A DNA stretch of 64,000 nucleotides, from NCBI GenBank assembly GCA_050015295.1, contig JBEKBR010000015.1, positions 2,262 through 66,261 of the forward strand, read 5' to 3'. Position 1 is the first letter of the stretch. Each line of letters opens with the position of its first letter. Source of the DNA: Candidatus Aquilonibacter sp. (GTDB lineage: Bacteria; Vulcanimicrobiota; Vulcanimicrobiia; Vulcanimicrobiales; Vulcanimicrobiaceae). Under the pieces are notes generated by a model that saw only the letters and a list, made by a program, of their open reading frames with translations, had not been told where the DNA came from and ran no database searches. A program made the translations under genes and the position numbers. Below are positions 1 through 8,899 of the stretch, piece after piece.

Positions 1-567
1 GACGTCCACGGAGCCGTAGCGGTCATCGCGGCCGGCCACGAGCGCGCGATCGATGCGGCGCGCGTCAACGATCGCTACTACGTCAACGAAGCAAGCATCG
101 GCATCTCGAGCCGGATAACGCGTTTACAGACGCCCGAGCTCAAACAGCGTTTCGGCTTCCTCGGCGTGATTGCCACGGCGTTCACCGCGCTGCGGTATGC
201 GCGGCCGATTCGCGCCGAGGTCCGTTTCGAGGGTCGCCGCGAGCGGATGCGGACGATTCAACTGACCGTCGCAAACAGTCAGCATTTCGGTGGTTTTCTC
301 AACGTCTCGGACGTCGCAATCGACGACGGCTATCTGGAGCTCTACAGCGTCGACATTCGCCACCTCTACCAGGCGGTCGCGATCGCGCATGCGATGCTCA
401 CCGGCCGCCGGTTTCACGTGCCCGGCTTGCGTAGGTTGCGATCGCAACGCTTCGACGTCGTCACGCGCCGTCCGCACCACATCGCGGCCGACGGCGAACC
501 GGCCGGTACCACGCCGGCGAGCTTCGAAGTGTTTCCGAAGGCACTGCGCGTCTTTACGCCGCAGTAA
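1..567 (+). CDS. Lipid kinase (diacylglycerol kinase / YegS family), C-terminal fragment; 5' end outside window
   Basis: Frame 1 is open from base 1 to TAA at 565-567. The translation (...NDRYYVNEASIGISSRI...FLGVIATAF...DDGYLELYSV...HIAADGEP...) resembles the C-terminal half of DAGK-family lipid kinases. The track ATG at 166 is internal. Confidence 0.6.
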   Translation, partial: DVHGAVAVIAAGHERAIDAARVNDRYYVNEASIGISSRITRLQTPELKQRFGFLGVIATAFTALRYARPIRAEVRFEGRRERMRTIQLTVANSQHFGGFLNVSDVAIDDGYLELYSVDIRHLYQAVAIAHAMLTGRRFHVPGLRRLRSQRFDVVTRRPHHIAADGEPAGTTPASFEVFPKALRVFTPQ

Positions 568-574
568 AACGTTC

Positions 575-1549
575 ATGCAATATCGCGCGCTCGGACACTC
601 CGGATTAAAGCTTTCAGTCATTGGCATCGGCTCCTGGCTGACCTACGGCAATAGCGTCGATCGTGATACGTCGCGCGCGTGCATTCTTGCGGCGTGGGAG
701 CAGGGCATCAATTTTATCGACACGGCTAACGTCTATGCGAGAGGTGCGGCCGAGGAAACGCTCGCACCGATCGTGCGTGAACTCAATCGCGACGCGCTCG
801 TGCTGGCGACGAAGGTCTACTTTCCGATGGGCGACAGCGTTAACGAGCGCGGTCTCTCGCGCAAGCATATCCGCGATCAGCTTCACCACTCACTGCGCCG
901 GCTCGGTGTCGATTACATCGATCTCTACCAGTGCCACCGCTACGACGCGAGCACGCCGCTGGAAGAGACTTGCGAGATGATGAACGACGTCATTCGCGCC
1001 GGTAGCGCCCTCTATTGGGGCGTTTCGGAATGGAACGCCGATCAGATCGTCGCCGCGGTGACGCTGTGCCGCGCGCGCGGGTGGGCGGTGCCGATCAGCA
1101 ATCAGCCGCAGTACAGCGCCCTCTGGCGGCGCATCGAAGCTCGCGTGCTGCCGGTTTGTCACGAATACGGTCTCGGCAACGTTGTCTGGTCGCCGCTGGC
1201 GATGGGCATTCTAAGCGGAAAATACACCGACGCTGCGCATCCGGCCGCCGGGACGCGTGCCGCCGGTCCGTACCGCGACATGATGGAAGAGTATTTTACG
1301 CAACCGGTGCTCGACGCGGTCCAAGAGCTGCAACCTCTGGCAGTGCAGGCGGGTATTTCGATGTCACAACTGGCGCTCGCGTGGGTGCTCCGGCAGCCCG
1401 CGGTGACCAGTGCGATCGTCGGCGCAACGAGTCCAGCGCACGTTAAGGACAACGTGGGCGCGGCCGAGGTGAAGCTGGGGGAGGATCTGATCGCGGCAAT
1501 CGATCGCGTCCTTGTCCCGGTGGCGCCGAATGAACCCTATCTCGCCTGA
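575..1549 (+). CDS. Aldo/keto reductase
   Basis: MQYRALGHSGLKLSVIGIGSWLTYG..., FIDTANVYARGAAEE, VDYIDLYQCHRYD and the C-terminal IVGATSPAHVKDN are typical AKR signatures. The ATG at 575 follows the upstream stop. The 290 start in the track is an upstream shadow extension. Confidence 0.85.
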   Translation: MQYRALGHSGLKLSVIGIGSWLTYGNSVDRDTSRACILAAWEQGINFIDTANVYARGAAEETLAPIVRELNRDALVLATKVYFPMGDSVNERGLSRKHIRDQLHHSLRRLGVDYIDLYQCHRYDASTPLEETCEMMNDVIRAGSALYWGVSEWNADQIVAAVTLCRARGWAVPISNQPQYSALWRRIEARVLPVCHEYGLGNVVWSPLAMGILSGKYTDAAHPAAGTRAAGPYRDMMEEYFTQPVLDAVQELQPLAVQAGISMSQLALAWVLRQPAVTSAIVGATSPAHVKDNVGAAEVKLGEDLIAAIDRVLVPVAPNEPYLA

Positions 1550-1618
1550 GCGAAACCTCTTCTTACGCGGGGCCGTACACGAAGGCAGACGAGTCCGCCC
1601 GCCACAGGAAACGAGAAG

Positions 1619-3004
1619 ATGAGCACCTATGAGTTCGGATCGTTCCGTCTCGACGTCGAGCGATTGTTGCTATTGCACCGCGGCGAAACGGTGCCGCTCG
1701 GCCCCAAGGTCGTCGAGACCCTCCTTGCGCTAATCGAGCACCCCGGTGAGGTTCTTCCAAAGAACCAGCTGATCGATCGGATCTGGCCTGAAGGGTACGT
1801 CGAGGAAGCGAACCTGGCGCAGAACATCTACGTGCTGCGCAAGACATTACGCTCGCTTGCCTCGCTTGATGCGATCGAAACGGTTCCGCGTCGCGGCTAC
1901 CGCTTTTCGGCGCAGGTTCGCCAGATCGAGCGCCCCGCGGCAGCGCCGAGGGTGGCGTCACGCCGGCGGTGGATCGGCGCGAGCGCGGCGGCCGCATTCG
2001 CGCTGGTGGCCGTGCTCTTCGTTAGTTTGGGCGCGGTGCACCGCAGCAGCAGTGCCGGTCTCTCGGCGGAAGGCGCGCGGACCTACGAGATTGGGCGCTA
2101 CTATTGGAATCTGCGCACGCGCGTCGGGCTCGAGCGTAGTCTCGACGATTTCGCGCAAGTGATCCGCACCGATCCCCGCGACGCGCGCGGCTACGCAGCG
2201 CTGGCCGACGCGAACGCGATCATGGGCGATTATCGCTACGGTACCCAAAAGCCGCGCGTGTACTTCTCCCTAGCGCGCAACTACGCGCAAATCGCATTGG
2301 GGCTCGATCCCAATTCGTCCGAAGCGCACGCGGCTCTTGGCCTGATCGACATGGACAACGGTAAGAACCTCACCACGGCGATCCACGAGTTGCAGCGCGC
2401 GATCGCGCTCGACCCGGCGAACGGACCGGCGCACGAGTGGTACGGCGTCGCGCTAATTCAGCAGGGCGATTTGCATAGCGCATTTGCACAACTGCAGATC
2501 GCGGGTGCACTCGATCCGCTCTCCGTCTCAACGAGCGCGTGGCTTGGCAACGCCGCCTATCTGGATCGGCACTTTGTCGAGGCGATAGCGTATTCGCGGC
2601 AAGCATTGGATCTCGCGCCGCAGCGCACCGACGTGCTGAACACGATCGGCAAAGCGTACGAGGCGGAAGGCAACTTTAGCCGTGCGATTGACGCCTACAA
2701 TCACTATGCCGCTTCGTGCGACGGCTGCCGAGCCGAAGCCGCGGCACTGCTCGCACACGCCTATGCCAGTCAACATCGCATGGTGGACGCGCGCGGGCAA
2801 CTCGCCTATGCGATGCTGCACGCACGTTACGTCGCGCCGACCGATCTCGCCGCTGCCGCTGCTGCAGTAGGCGATCGTACGATCGCGCTCGAGCTGCTGC
2901 GCCGGATGCGCGGACAGACGGACTGGCTGTCGGTCCAAAACGATCCGCGCTTCGACATGTTGCGCGGCGACGCGGGATTCCGTCAGCTCACGCAGGCCGG
3001 CTAA
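1619..3004 (+). CDS. CadC/OmpR-type winged-helix transcriptional regulator with one TM segment and C-terminal TPR repeats
   Basis: The N-terminus (YEFGSFRLDVERLLLLHRGETVPLGPKVVETLLALIEHPGEVLPKNQLIDRIWPEGYVEEANLAQNIYVLRKTL...VPRRGYRF) is a trans_reg_C fold. A hydrophobic span WIGASAAAAFALVAVLFVSLGAV follows, then repeated TPR-like A..Y......G....A helices. Confidence 0.8.
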   Translation: MSTYEFGSFRLDVERLLLLHRGETVPLGPKVVETLLALIEHPGEVLPKNQLIDRIWPEGYVEEANLAQNIYVLRKTLRSLASLDAIETVPRRGYRFSAQVRQIERPAAAPRVASRRRWIGASAAAAFALVAVLFVSLGAVHRSSSAGLSAEGARTYEIGRYYWNLRTRVGLERSLDDFAQVIRTDPRDARGYAALADANAIMGDYRYGTQKPRVYFSLARNYAQIALGLDPNSSEAHAALGLIDMDNGKNLTTAIHELQRAIALDPANGPAHEWYGVALIQQGDLHSAFAQLQIAGALDPLSVSTSAWLGNAAYLDRHFVEAIAYSRQALDLAPQRTDVLNTIGKAYEAEGNFSRAIDAYNHYAASCDGCRAEAAALLAHAYASQHRMVDARGQLAYAMLHARYVAPTDLAAAAAAVGDRTIALELLRRMRGQTDWLSVQNDPRFDMLRGDAGFRQLTQAG

Positions 3005-3013
3005 GCGGCAGAC

Positions 3014-3454
3014 GTGGCCGGGTTGTCCGATGCGCTCGCGGCGCGTCCAACATTGGCGCGCTCGCTAGCTGCGCACGTACGTGACTTTGACGCCGGCACG
3101 CTGCCGCCGCGTACGCGCGAGTTGATCGCGCTGATGGTTGCATGGCTCAATGCCTGCGAGTACTGCACCTGCGTACACGAAGAGATCGCGCGCAGCATCG
3201 GCGTCGACGAGGTCACGCTGGCAGCACTCGGCGACTTCGCGCGCAGCCCGCACTTCTGTGAGGCTGAACGGGCTGCGCTTGCGGCCACTGTAGCGCTCAC
3301 GCGTGAGCCGCGCGCGCTGCCGCCGCCGCTCTGGGAAGCGCTGCGCGCGAACTACGACGAAGCCGGCTGCGTCGAGGTCATTGCCTCGATCGGCCTCAAC
3401 AACTACCTCAGTCGCGTGATCAACGCGTTGCAGGTCCAGCAACCCGCGCCATAA
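3014..3454 (+). CDS. Carboxymuconolactone decarboxylase / AhpD-like family protein
   Basis: 146 aa with LIALMVAWLNACEYCTCVHEE (the CxxC of the AhpD core). GTG start. The 3' end overlaps the convergent gene by 35 nt. Confidence 0.75.
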   Translation: MAGLSDALAARPTLARSLAAHVRDFDAGTLPPRTRELIALMVAWLNACEYCTCVHEEIARSIGVDEVTLAALGDFARSPHFCEAERAALAATVALTREPRALPPPLWEALRANYDEAGCVEVIASIGLNNYLSRVINALQVQQPAP

Positions 3455-4760
3455 TCCGCTCGGCGCGGATCAATCGCGTGCCGCTCCAGCGATCGTGCAG
3501 CATGATGCGCCGTGAAAACGGCGCCCAGAGCAAGACCAACCACCACAAGAAGAAGACGATCAAATAGCGCCAGAATGAACGCAGGAGGCCGGGTGAGCGA
3601 AAGTCGGTCGTGACTACGCGCAGGCCGGTGATCATCATACCAAAACTTTGCCCCGCGATCCCGACGAGCAGCCACAGATAGAGCGCGGTAAAGAAAATTG
3701 TCGGACTGGCACTGTACCGTCCTACGACCGAGAGCACTTCGCCGAAAAACTTCGAGTGGGTGAGGTTGTGTATGTCCTCATCGGTGAAGTAGTAGCCCAG
3801 CGGCGAATGCGCATGCCCTCCGGCAAACAGAAGCACAACGGCCGCTACGACACCCGAGTCGATCGCGAACGACCAAAAGCGGCGGAGGATGCCGGCGCAA
3901 TCGGCGCGCGTCACGAGAGCGCTTCCCGCTGCCAGCGTCGGGGGTTCCTCGGGAATGTCGCGCGCGAGCCACGCTTGCGCGACCGCGTATTGCGGCGTTC
4001 CTTCGAAAGCGCGCAGGTCGGCGATACGCCGCGTGGCGTAGGGCTCGCCGCCCATCCATTCTCCCAAGCGTAGCACGCCGTCGCTTGCAATCTCGCGTCC
4101 CTGTTCGGCGAATTGCTCCGTGCTGATGTGGCGACCGAAACTGTGAAACGAGGCGATCACGATCGAGCGTGTCGCTGCGTCCAGCGAGCCGCAGACGAGC
4201 AGGCCGACCTTGTCGCAGGTGTGGCTACAGGTGCGCAGCCACCCGCCGAAGATCAGCGAGACGACCGGATTCTCGTTACCATTGACGCTGAGTAGCGAAA
4301 GAAACCGCGTATGACCGGCCGCGATATGCCCAAGCTCGCGCCCCACCGCAAAGGCAAGTTCATCGTCTTCGAAGTGTTCGATCCAGTGCGTCGAGAGCAC
4401 GAGCGAATAGGGCTCGCCGAAGCCAAGCGCCGCCACCGGGACGTAGTTGTCTTCGCGCACGAAGATCAGCGGCATGGGGATGTCGAGCCGCGCGCAGGCA
4501 GTTTTGACGATTGCGAAGACCCGCGGATATTGCGCCTCGTGGATCATCACCGACGAGCCGATCAGGCGTCCACGCGCGAGCGTGACGTACAGCATCGCGA
4601 TGACGATAAAAAGCGCGACCTCGGGTATACCGACACTCTGGTGGATGACTAGGCCGATCAGCGCAGCAATCGGAAACGCAAAGACCAGGGTGAGAACGAA
4701 GGCTAGGCGCTCTCGCGGTTCTCGTATCGAGTCCGGGCCGGTAAAGAGTGGGCTTGCCAT
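3420..4760 (-). CDS. M48-like peptidase homologue fused to a C-terminal RDD-type membrane domain (zinc motif degenerate)
   Basis: N-terminal TM pair. An M48-like core carries FAVGRELGHIAAGH where HExxH is expected. The C-terminal third (RRFWSFAIDSGVV...GLRVV...RIMLHDRWSGTRLI) looks like an RDD domain. Its start overlaps the upstream GGDEF gene by 58 nt, and no alternative in-frame start lies further downstream. Confidence 0.7.
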   Translation of the reverse strand: MASPLFTGPDSIREPRERLAFVLTLVFAFPIAALIGLVIHQSVGIPEVALFIVIAMLYVTLARGRLIGSSVMIHEAQYPRVFAIVKTACARLDIPMPLIFVREDNYVPVAALGFGEPYSLVLSTHWIEHFEDDELAFAVGRELGHIAAGHTRFLSLLSVNGNENPVVSLIFGGWLRTCSHTCDKVGLLVCGSLDAATRSIVIASFHSFGRHISTEQFAEQGREIASDGVLRLGEWMGGEPYATRRIADLRAFEGTPQYAVAQAWLARDIPEEPPTLAAGSALVTRADCAGILRRFWSFAIDSGVVAAVVLLFAGGHAHSPLGYYFTDEDIHNLTHSKFFGEVLSVVGRYSASPTIFFTALYLWLLVGIAGQSFGMMITGLRVVTTDFRSPGLLRSFWRYLIVFFLWWLVLLWAPFSRRIMLHDRWSGTRLIRAERIMARVAGPATR

Positions 4761-5941
4761 GCGGTGGCAAGTTTGATACCGTTGCCGCCGTTCCGCTTTA
4801 CTTCGTACATTTCACGATCGGCAGCCGAGAGCAGCGCGGGGGGTGTGGCGCTGGCACCCGGATAGGTCGCGACTCCGATGCTGGCACGGACGCGAACGGG
4901 ACGGTCGTCGATGCGAAGCGGCTCGTCGAGACTGCGCAGAATCTTGCGTGCGGCGTCGGCGGCGGCTTCGTCGGTGAACAGATCGTCGATGAGCACCACG
5001 AACTCGTCGCCGCCCATGCGCGCGACGGTATCCGATGAGCGCACGTGCCGGGTCAGGCGATCGGCTACGGCAACGAGCACGCGGTCGCCATAGGCGTGTC
5101 CGTACTGGTCGTTGATTGCTTTGAAGTCGTCGAGATCGATGAAGAAAACCGCGCATCGCCGGCCATTGCGCTCGCAGCGGCCAAATGCGGCGCGCAGGCG
5201 CTCCTCGAGTGCGCAGCGGTTCGGCAAGCGGGTGAGCGGATCGCACAGCGCGAGCTCCGAGAGTTCGGCCTCACGCTCCTTGAGATCGGTGATGTCGAGC
5301 AAGCTTCCGACGCGGGCAATCGCGTTGCCGGCCGCGTCGTACATCGTGCGCACGCGCTCGCGTACCGCGCGGACGCGTCCACCTTGACACAAGATGCGAT
5401 GGTCGCAGAGATAGCTAGAGTCGTTCGCGGCATCGGCCAGCGTCTGCGCGATGTGCTCGCGGTCGGCCGGATGATCGAAGTTGCGTAGTGAGAGGTGCGT
5501 CGTTTCGTACGGTAATCCCAAGAGGTTTGCCAGGCCTTCGGAGATCGTTACGCTGCCGGTGCGCAAATCTTCGTGCCAGGTGCCTAATCCCGCGGCGCGT
5601 TCAGCGTGCGGATAAGCGGCGGTGAGCGAACTGCCGGGTAGTGCGATCTCGACCGCCCGTCCGGTGACGCCGGCGACGGCGCCGTGCACGTCGAGCAGCG
5701 GCTCGACCTCGAAGGCGAGGTGCGTCCCACGGACGCGCGCTTCGAAGGCGAGGGTCTCGCCCCCGAGCGCCCACTGGTGGGCCAGGATCGGGAACGGGTC
5801 TTGACCGTCCCAGAGATCGCTCACGTGGAGGGATCCGGCGTGCTCACCGACCTCTGCGAAGCCGCGCAGCCGAGCCGTAAGCGACGTGACCCGCAGTGTG
5901 GTGTCGGTGTTCCAGATCAGCGCCTGGTTGCGCATCGCCAT
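4703..5941 (-). CDS. PAS-domain diguanylate cyclase (GGDEF)
   Basis: Contains DPLTRLPNR, FFIDLDDFKAINDQYGH, the RSSD I-site and ARMGGDEFVVLI. The RBS GGAGAGG lies 4 nt upstream of the ATG at 5941. Confidence 0.85.
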   Translation of the reverse strand: MAMRNQALIWNTDTTLRVTSLTARLRGFAEVGEHAGSLHVSDLWDGQDPFPILAHQWALGGETLAFEARVRGTHLAFEVEPLLDVHGAVAGVTGRAVEIALPGSSLTAAYPHAERAAGLGTWHEDLRTGSVTISEGLANLLGLPYETTHLSLRNFDHPADREHIAQTLADAANDSSYLCDHRILCQGGRVRAVRERVRTMYDAAGNAIARVGSLLDITDLKEREAELSELALCDPLTRLPNRCALEERLRAAFGRCERNGRRCAVFFIDLDDFKAINDQYGHAYGDRVLVAVADRLTRHVRSSDTVARMGGDEFVVLIDDLFTDEAAADAARKILRSLDEPLRIDDRPVRVRASIGVATYPGASATPPALLSAADREMYEVKRNGGNGIKLATAWQAHSLPARTRYENRESA

Positions 5942-6206
5942 GTTCCTCTCCGTGAGCGTCCCTGGGTGACCCCATCCTAGCCCTTACGGCACGCCGCCAT
6001 CATCCGTAGAAACCCCTGACCTCCAGATATCCGTACCTATACGGGTAGGGCGGGGTCGACACCGTGGCTCGCTTTGACGCTCGCCCCGCCGTCGACCCCA
6101 CCCTGAGAAAAGGCACTTGAGGCTCCGGCGCGACCCGAGTCTTCCCGCGTTGCGGAACACTCCAATCGGGGGAGCCGCTGGGAGTAAGATTTTTGGCCGG
6201 ACCCTC

Positions 6207-6234
6207 TTGACAGCGCGTGTCAGTGTGCTATTGT
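6207..6234 (+). promoter_or_regulatory. Sigma-70-like promoter of the gntR-ABC operon
   Basis: TTGACA (6207-6212), a 16-nt spacer, then TATTGT (6229-6234). Confidence 0.55.
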
Positions 6235-6269
6235 ACTAGTGTACTAGTACGACAGCACAGTAGTACTAG
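6233..6269. promoter_or_regulatory. Candidate GntR(YtrA) operator: GTACTAGT direct repeat plus palindromes
   Basis: GTACTAGT occurs at 6233-6240 and 6241-6248. GTACTAGTAC (6241-6250) and TAGTACTA (6261-6268) are self-complementary. The site overlaps or follows the -10 element and is AT-rich in a GC-rich genome. Confidence 0.5.
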
Positions 6270-6294
6270 ACGCAACAGAACAAGAGGAACAGAA

Positions 6295-6399
6295 ATGACA
6301 CGCTTCATCAACCACCCCGAAGACCTTCGCGAATCACGCGTCTGCCAGCCGCAGCGCATGTCGACCCCCCTATTCCAAGGCTGGGGCCCGAAGCTCTAA
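6295..6399 (+). CDS. Possible 34-aa leader micro-ORF upstream of gntR
   Basis: The ATG is preceded by AAGAGGAACAGAA (an SD-like AGAGGA). The stop lies 6 nt before the gntR ATG, which itself has no obvious SD. There is no family resemblance. Confidence 0.2.
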   Translation: MTRFINHPEDLRESRVCQPQRMSTPLFQGWGPKL

Positions 6400-6405
6400 C
6401 CCGCC

Positions 6406-6804
6406 ATGCCGGTCGTTTTAACGGTTGACCCCCGAAGCGGGGTGCCCATCTACCTCCAGGTGATCGAACAGGTCAAACGGTCGGTAGCCTTGGGCGTTCT
6501 CGCTGCTGGCGAGCAACTACCGACGGTCAAGCAGCTCGCGCTCGACTTGACGATCAATCCCAACACCGTTGCGAAAGCCTACCGCGAACTCGAGCGGGAC
6601 GGCGTCATCGAGACGGCAGCGGGGCGCGGATCGTTCGTGCGCGGCAACGGCTCGATCGAAACGACCAAAACTGCGGCGACTGACGTGGCGCGCGACGCCA
6701 TCGACGCTGCAGTCCGCGAAGCCAAGTCGATCGGCTTGCTCGCTGATGATATTCGTACACTGGCAAGCGCCGCCATCGACCGGTGGTTCCGGGAGGACGC
6801 ATGA
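6406..6804 (+). CDS. GntR family transcriptional regulator, YtrA-like (short effector domain)
   Basis: PIYLQVIEQVKRSVALGVLAAGEQLPTVKQLALDLTINPNTVAKAYRELERDGVIETAAGRGSFV is a GntR winged HTH. The 132-aa size and the linked ABC pair are typical of the YtrA subfamily. Confidence 0.85.
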   Translation: MPVVLTVDPRSGVPIYLQVIEQVKRSVALGVLAAGEQLPTVKQLALDLTINPNTVAKAYRELERDGVIETAAGRGSFVRGNGSIETTKTAATDVARDAIDAAVREAKSIGLLADDIRTLASAAIDRWFREDA

Positions 6805-7706
6805 GCACGATCAGCATTAAAAATTTGCGCAAGACTTACGGCCCGTATGTGGCCGTCGACGATCTCACCTTCGAGATCCCGGACGCCTGTGTGTTCGGTT
6901 TGCTCGGGCCCAACGGCGCCGGCAAGACGACGACCTTCAAGTGCATGCTGGGGCTTGCGCGCGCGACATCGGGCAGCGTGCTCTACGACGGTGCACCGCT
7001 TACGCCCGAAACGCTCGAGCGAATTGCCTACGTCCCCGAGCGTAGCGTGCTCTACGAGTGGATGACGGTTGCCGAGCATATCGAAATGCAGCGCCGCGCC
7101 TACCGGAAGTTTTCCGTGGCTCGCGCACGTGAGTTGCTCGCGCAGTTCGGCATCGACCTTCGTAAGAAAGCTCGCGCGCTCTCTAAAGGCATGCGTACGG
7201 CGACGATGGTCGCGCTCGCGATTGCCCGCGAATCGGATATTCTCATTCTGGACGAGCCGACCAGCGGGCTCGATCCGATCAATCAGCGCCATGTGCTTAA
7301 TCTAATCATCAATGAATCGGCGCGCGGCGCAACGGTGATCTTCTCGTCGCATCAAATTGGTCAGGTCGAACGTGCCGCCGAGCGGATCGCGGTGATGGAT
7401 CGCGGCCGGCTCGCGCTCGAAGGCAACGTCGACGACCTCAAGGCCGATCGCAAGATCGTCGAGGCCATCCTTCCGAGCGAGACCTTCGCGCTGAACGGGC
7501 TCGCGGGCGATCCGCACATCTCGCGGCTGGATCGCAATGGCCGCATCGTGCGTGCGGTGACCTCGTCCGATGCAGCCGAGGTGATGGCAAAGTTCGAAGC
7601 GCTCGGAGCATCGGGTCTGCGCATCGTCGATCTCAATCTCGAAGACATTTTCTTGTACGCGGTTTCGCCTGCTGACGCGACGGCCGACGTGGTGGAGGGA
7701 CACTAG
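6801..7706 (+). CDS. ABC transporter ATP-binding protein
   Basis: Walker A GPNGAGKTT, signature LSKGMRT, Walker B ILILDEPTSGLD. ATGA overlap with the gntR stop. Confidence 0.9.
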   Translation: MSTISIKNLRKTYGPYVAVDDLTFEIPDACVFGLLGPNGAGKTTTFKCMLGLARATSGSVLYDGAPLTPETLERIAYVPERSVLYEWMTVAEHIEMQRRAYRKFSVARARELLAQFGIDLRKKARALSKGMRTATMVALAIARESDILILDEPTSGLDPINQRHVLNLIINESARGATVIFSSHQIGQVERAAERIAVMDRGRLALEGNVDDLKADRKIVEAILPSETFALNGLAGDPHISRLDRNGRIVRAVTSSDAAEVMAKFEALGASGLRIVDLNLEDIFLYAVSPADATADVVEGH

Positions 7707-7709
7707 CTC

Positions 7710-8723
7710 ATGAATTACGTCGAATGGCTGCGCGTGCGGAACGCGCTGCGTGTCACGGCGATTTGCCTTGGCGTCTCGATCGTGATCGCGCTTATCGTGA
7801 GGATTTCAGTTGCCGCGCAGTTCGGCAGCACTCACGACATCGTCAATCGTCTCGGCAGCGAGAAGGACACGATAACCACGCACTCGGTGGTCGACGGATT
7901 CGCTCGCACCACGCTGACCAACGCGCGCGAACATACGGTGGTCGTGATCGAAGACCAGGCTGACGGATCGAAAATCATACAGATAACCGAGCCCGGCCAT
8001 GCCAACCACGGCAGCCCCGACGTCGTTCGCGTGGGTCCCGTGAGCGTATCGACGAGCGAGAGCGGTGGCGTTGAGAAGACGACGATCGAGACCAACCGCC
8101 CGGTGCCATTCGGGATCTACGCGGCTATCGCCGCAGTCATCGCCTTGATTGTCGCGACCGTGCTCGGAGCGCCGTTTGCCAAGGAGAACGACGGCCACCT
8201 CGAGATTGCGTTTCTCAAGCCGGTGTCGCGAACGAACAATGCGCTCGGCGTCGTCCTCGCGGATTGCATCGGGATTCTCATCGCCGAGGTGATGACCATC
8301 GTGGCGTTCGCGATCATGCAAGCGTTTTTCGAAATACCGCACTTCGACTTCAGCGGCATCAATAGCACGGCGATTCTTCTGGCAATTGCGCTGCCGTTCT
8401 CGTGGTATACGTTCCTGAACGCGTCAACGGCCTCGCTCAAGCGTGGCGCCGGCGCCGTGGTCGGGCTGGCGTGGCCGGCGGCCTTCGTGAGCATGGCGCT
8501 CGCCGGTCTGAATCTTGGAACCTCGATCGCCGGTCAGACCTTTCATACGATCTTTTGGAGCATCTCGCGGATCTTTCCAATCACCTACGTCCAATTCGAA
8601 GGCCACGGCGACGACCTCAGTACGCTTGGCCCCAAGTTGATGACGACAGCGGCGATCCTTACCGGACTCTTTCTCGTCTACGGTGCACTTGCTATCGTGC
8701 AGTGGCGCCGGGTGGAGGCGTAA
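7710..8723 (+). CDS. ABC-2-type exporter membrane protein with a large loop after TM1
   Basis: 337 aa. TM1 is VTAICLGVSIVIALIV, followed by a loop of about 110 aa and then about 5 hydrophobic spans. It starts 4 nt after the ATPase stop. Confidence 0.7.
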   Translation: MNYVEWLRVRNALRVTAICLGVSIVIALIVRISVAAQFGSTHDIVNRLGSEKDTITTHSVVDGFARTTLTNAREHTVVVIEDQADGSKIIQITEPGHANHGSPDVVRVGPVSVSTSESGGVEKTTIETNRPVPFGIYAAIAAVIALIVATVLGAPFAKENDGHLEIAFLKPVSRTNNALGVVLADCIGILIAEVMTIVAFAIMQAFFEIPHFDFSGINSTAILLAIALPFSWYTFLNASTASLKRGAGAVVGLAWPAAFVSMALAGLNLGTSIAGQTFHTIFWSISRIFPITYVQFEGHGDDLSTLGPKLMTTAAILTGLFLVYGALAIVQWRRVEA

Positions 8724-8725
8724 TC

Positions 8726-8887
8726 ATGGAGATCTTTGGTACGAACTTTTCGATAACGCTCGGTTCGTGGCGTCTGCGCTTCGGCTTTGCCGTCGAAGAT
8801 ATCGATACGCCGCCGCAAGTACGGGATGCGCCGCCGCACCACGTGCGCATCGTCGCTGAGGACACGTATTCGCGGCGCGAAGCCTAG
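8726..8887 (+). CDS. Hypothetical small protein (53 aa)
   Basis: The ATG lies 3 nt after the permease stop, and codon usage looks coding. No recognisable family. Confidence 0.25.
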   Translation: MEIFGTNFSITLGSWRLRFGFAVEDIDTPPQVRDAPPHHVRIVAEDTYSRREA

Positions 8888-8899
8888 CCGCAGAAGCGC

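Noticed and set aside
290-574. 5' extension of the aldo/keto reductase ORF (track start at 290).
   Set aside because: It overlaps the lipid-kinase fragment in another frame. AKR homology begins at MQYRALGHSG (575).
5942-6206. Possible c-di-GMP (GEMM) riboswitch upstream of the GGDEF gene.
   Set aside because: I could not find the conserved GEMM-I or GEMM-II core sequences. It is kept only as an unclassified structured leader.
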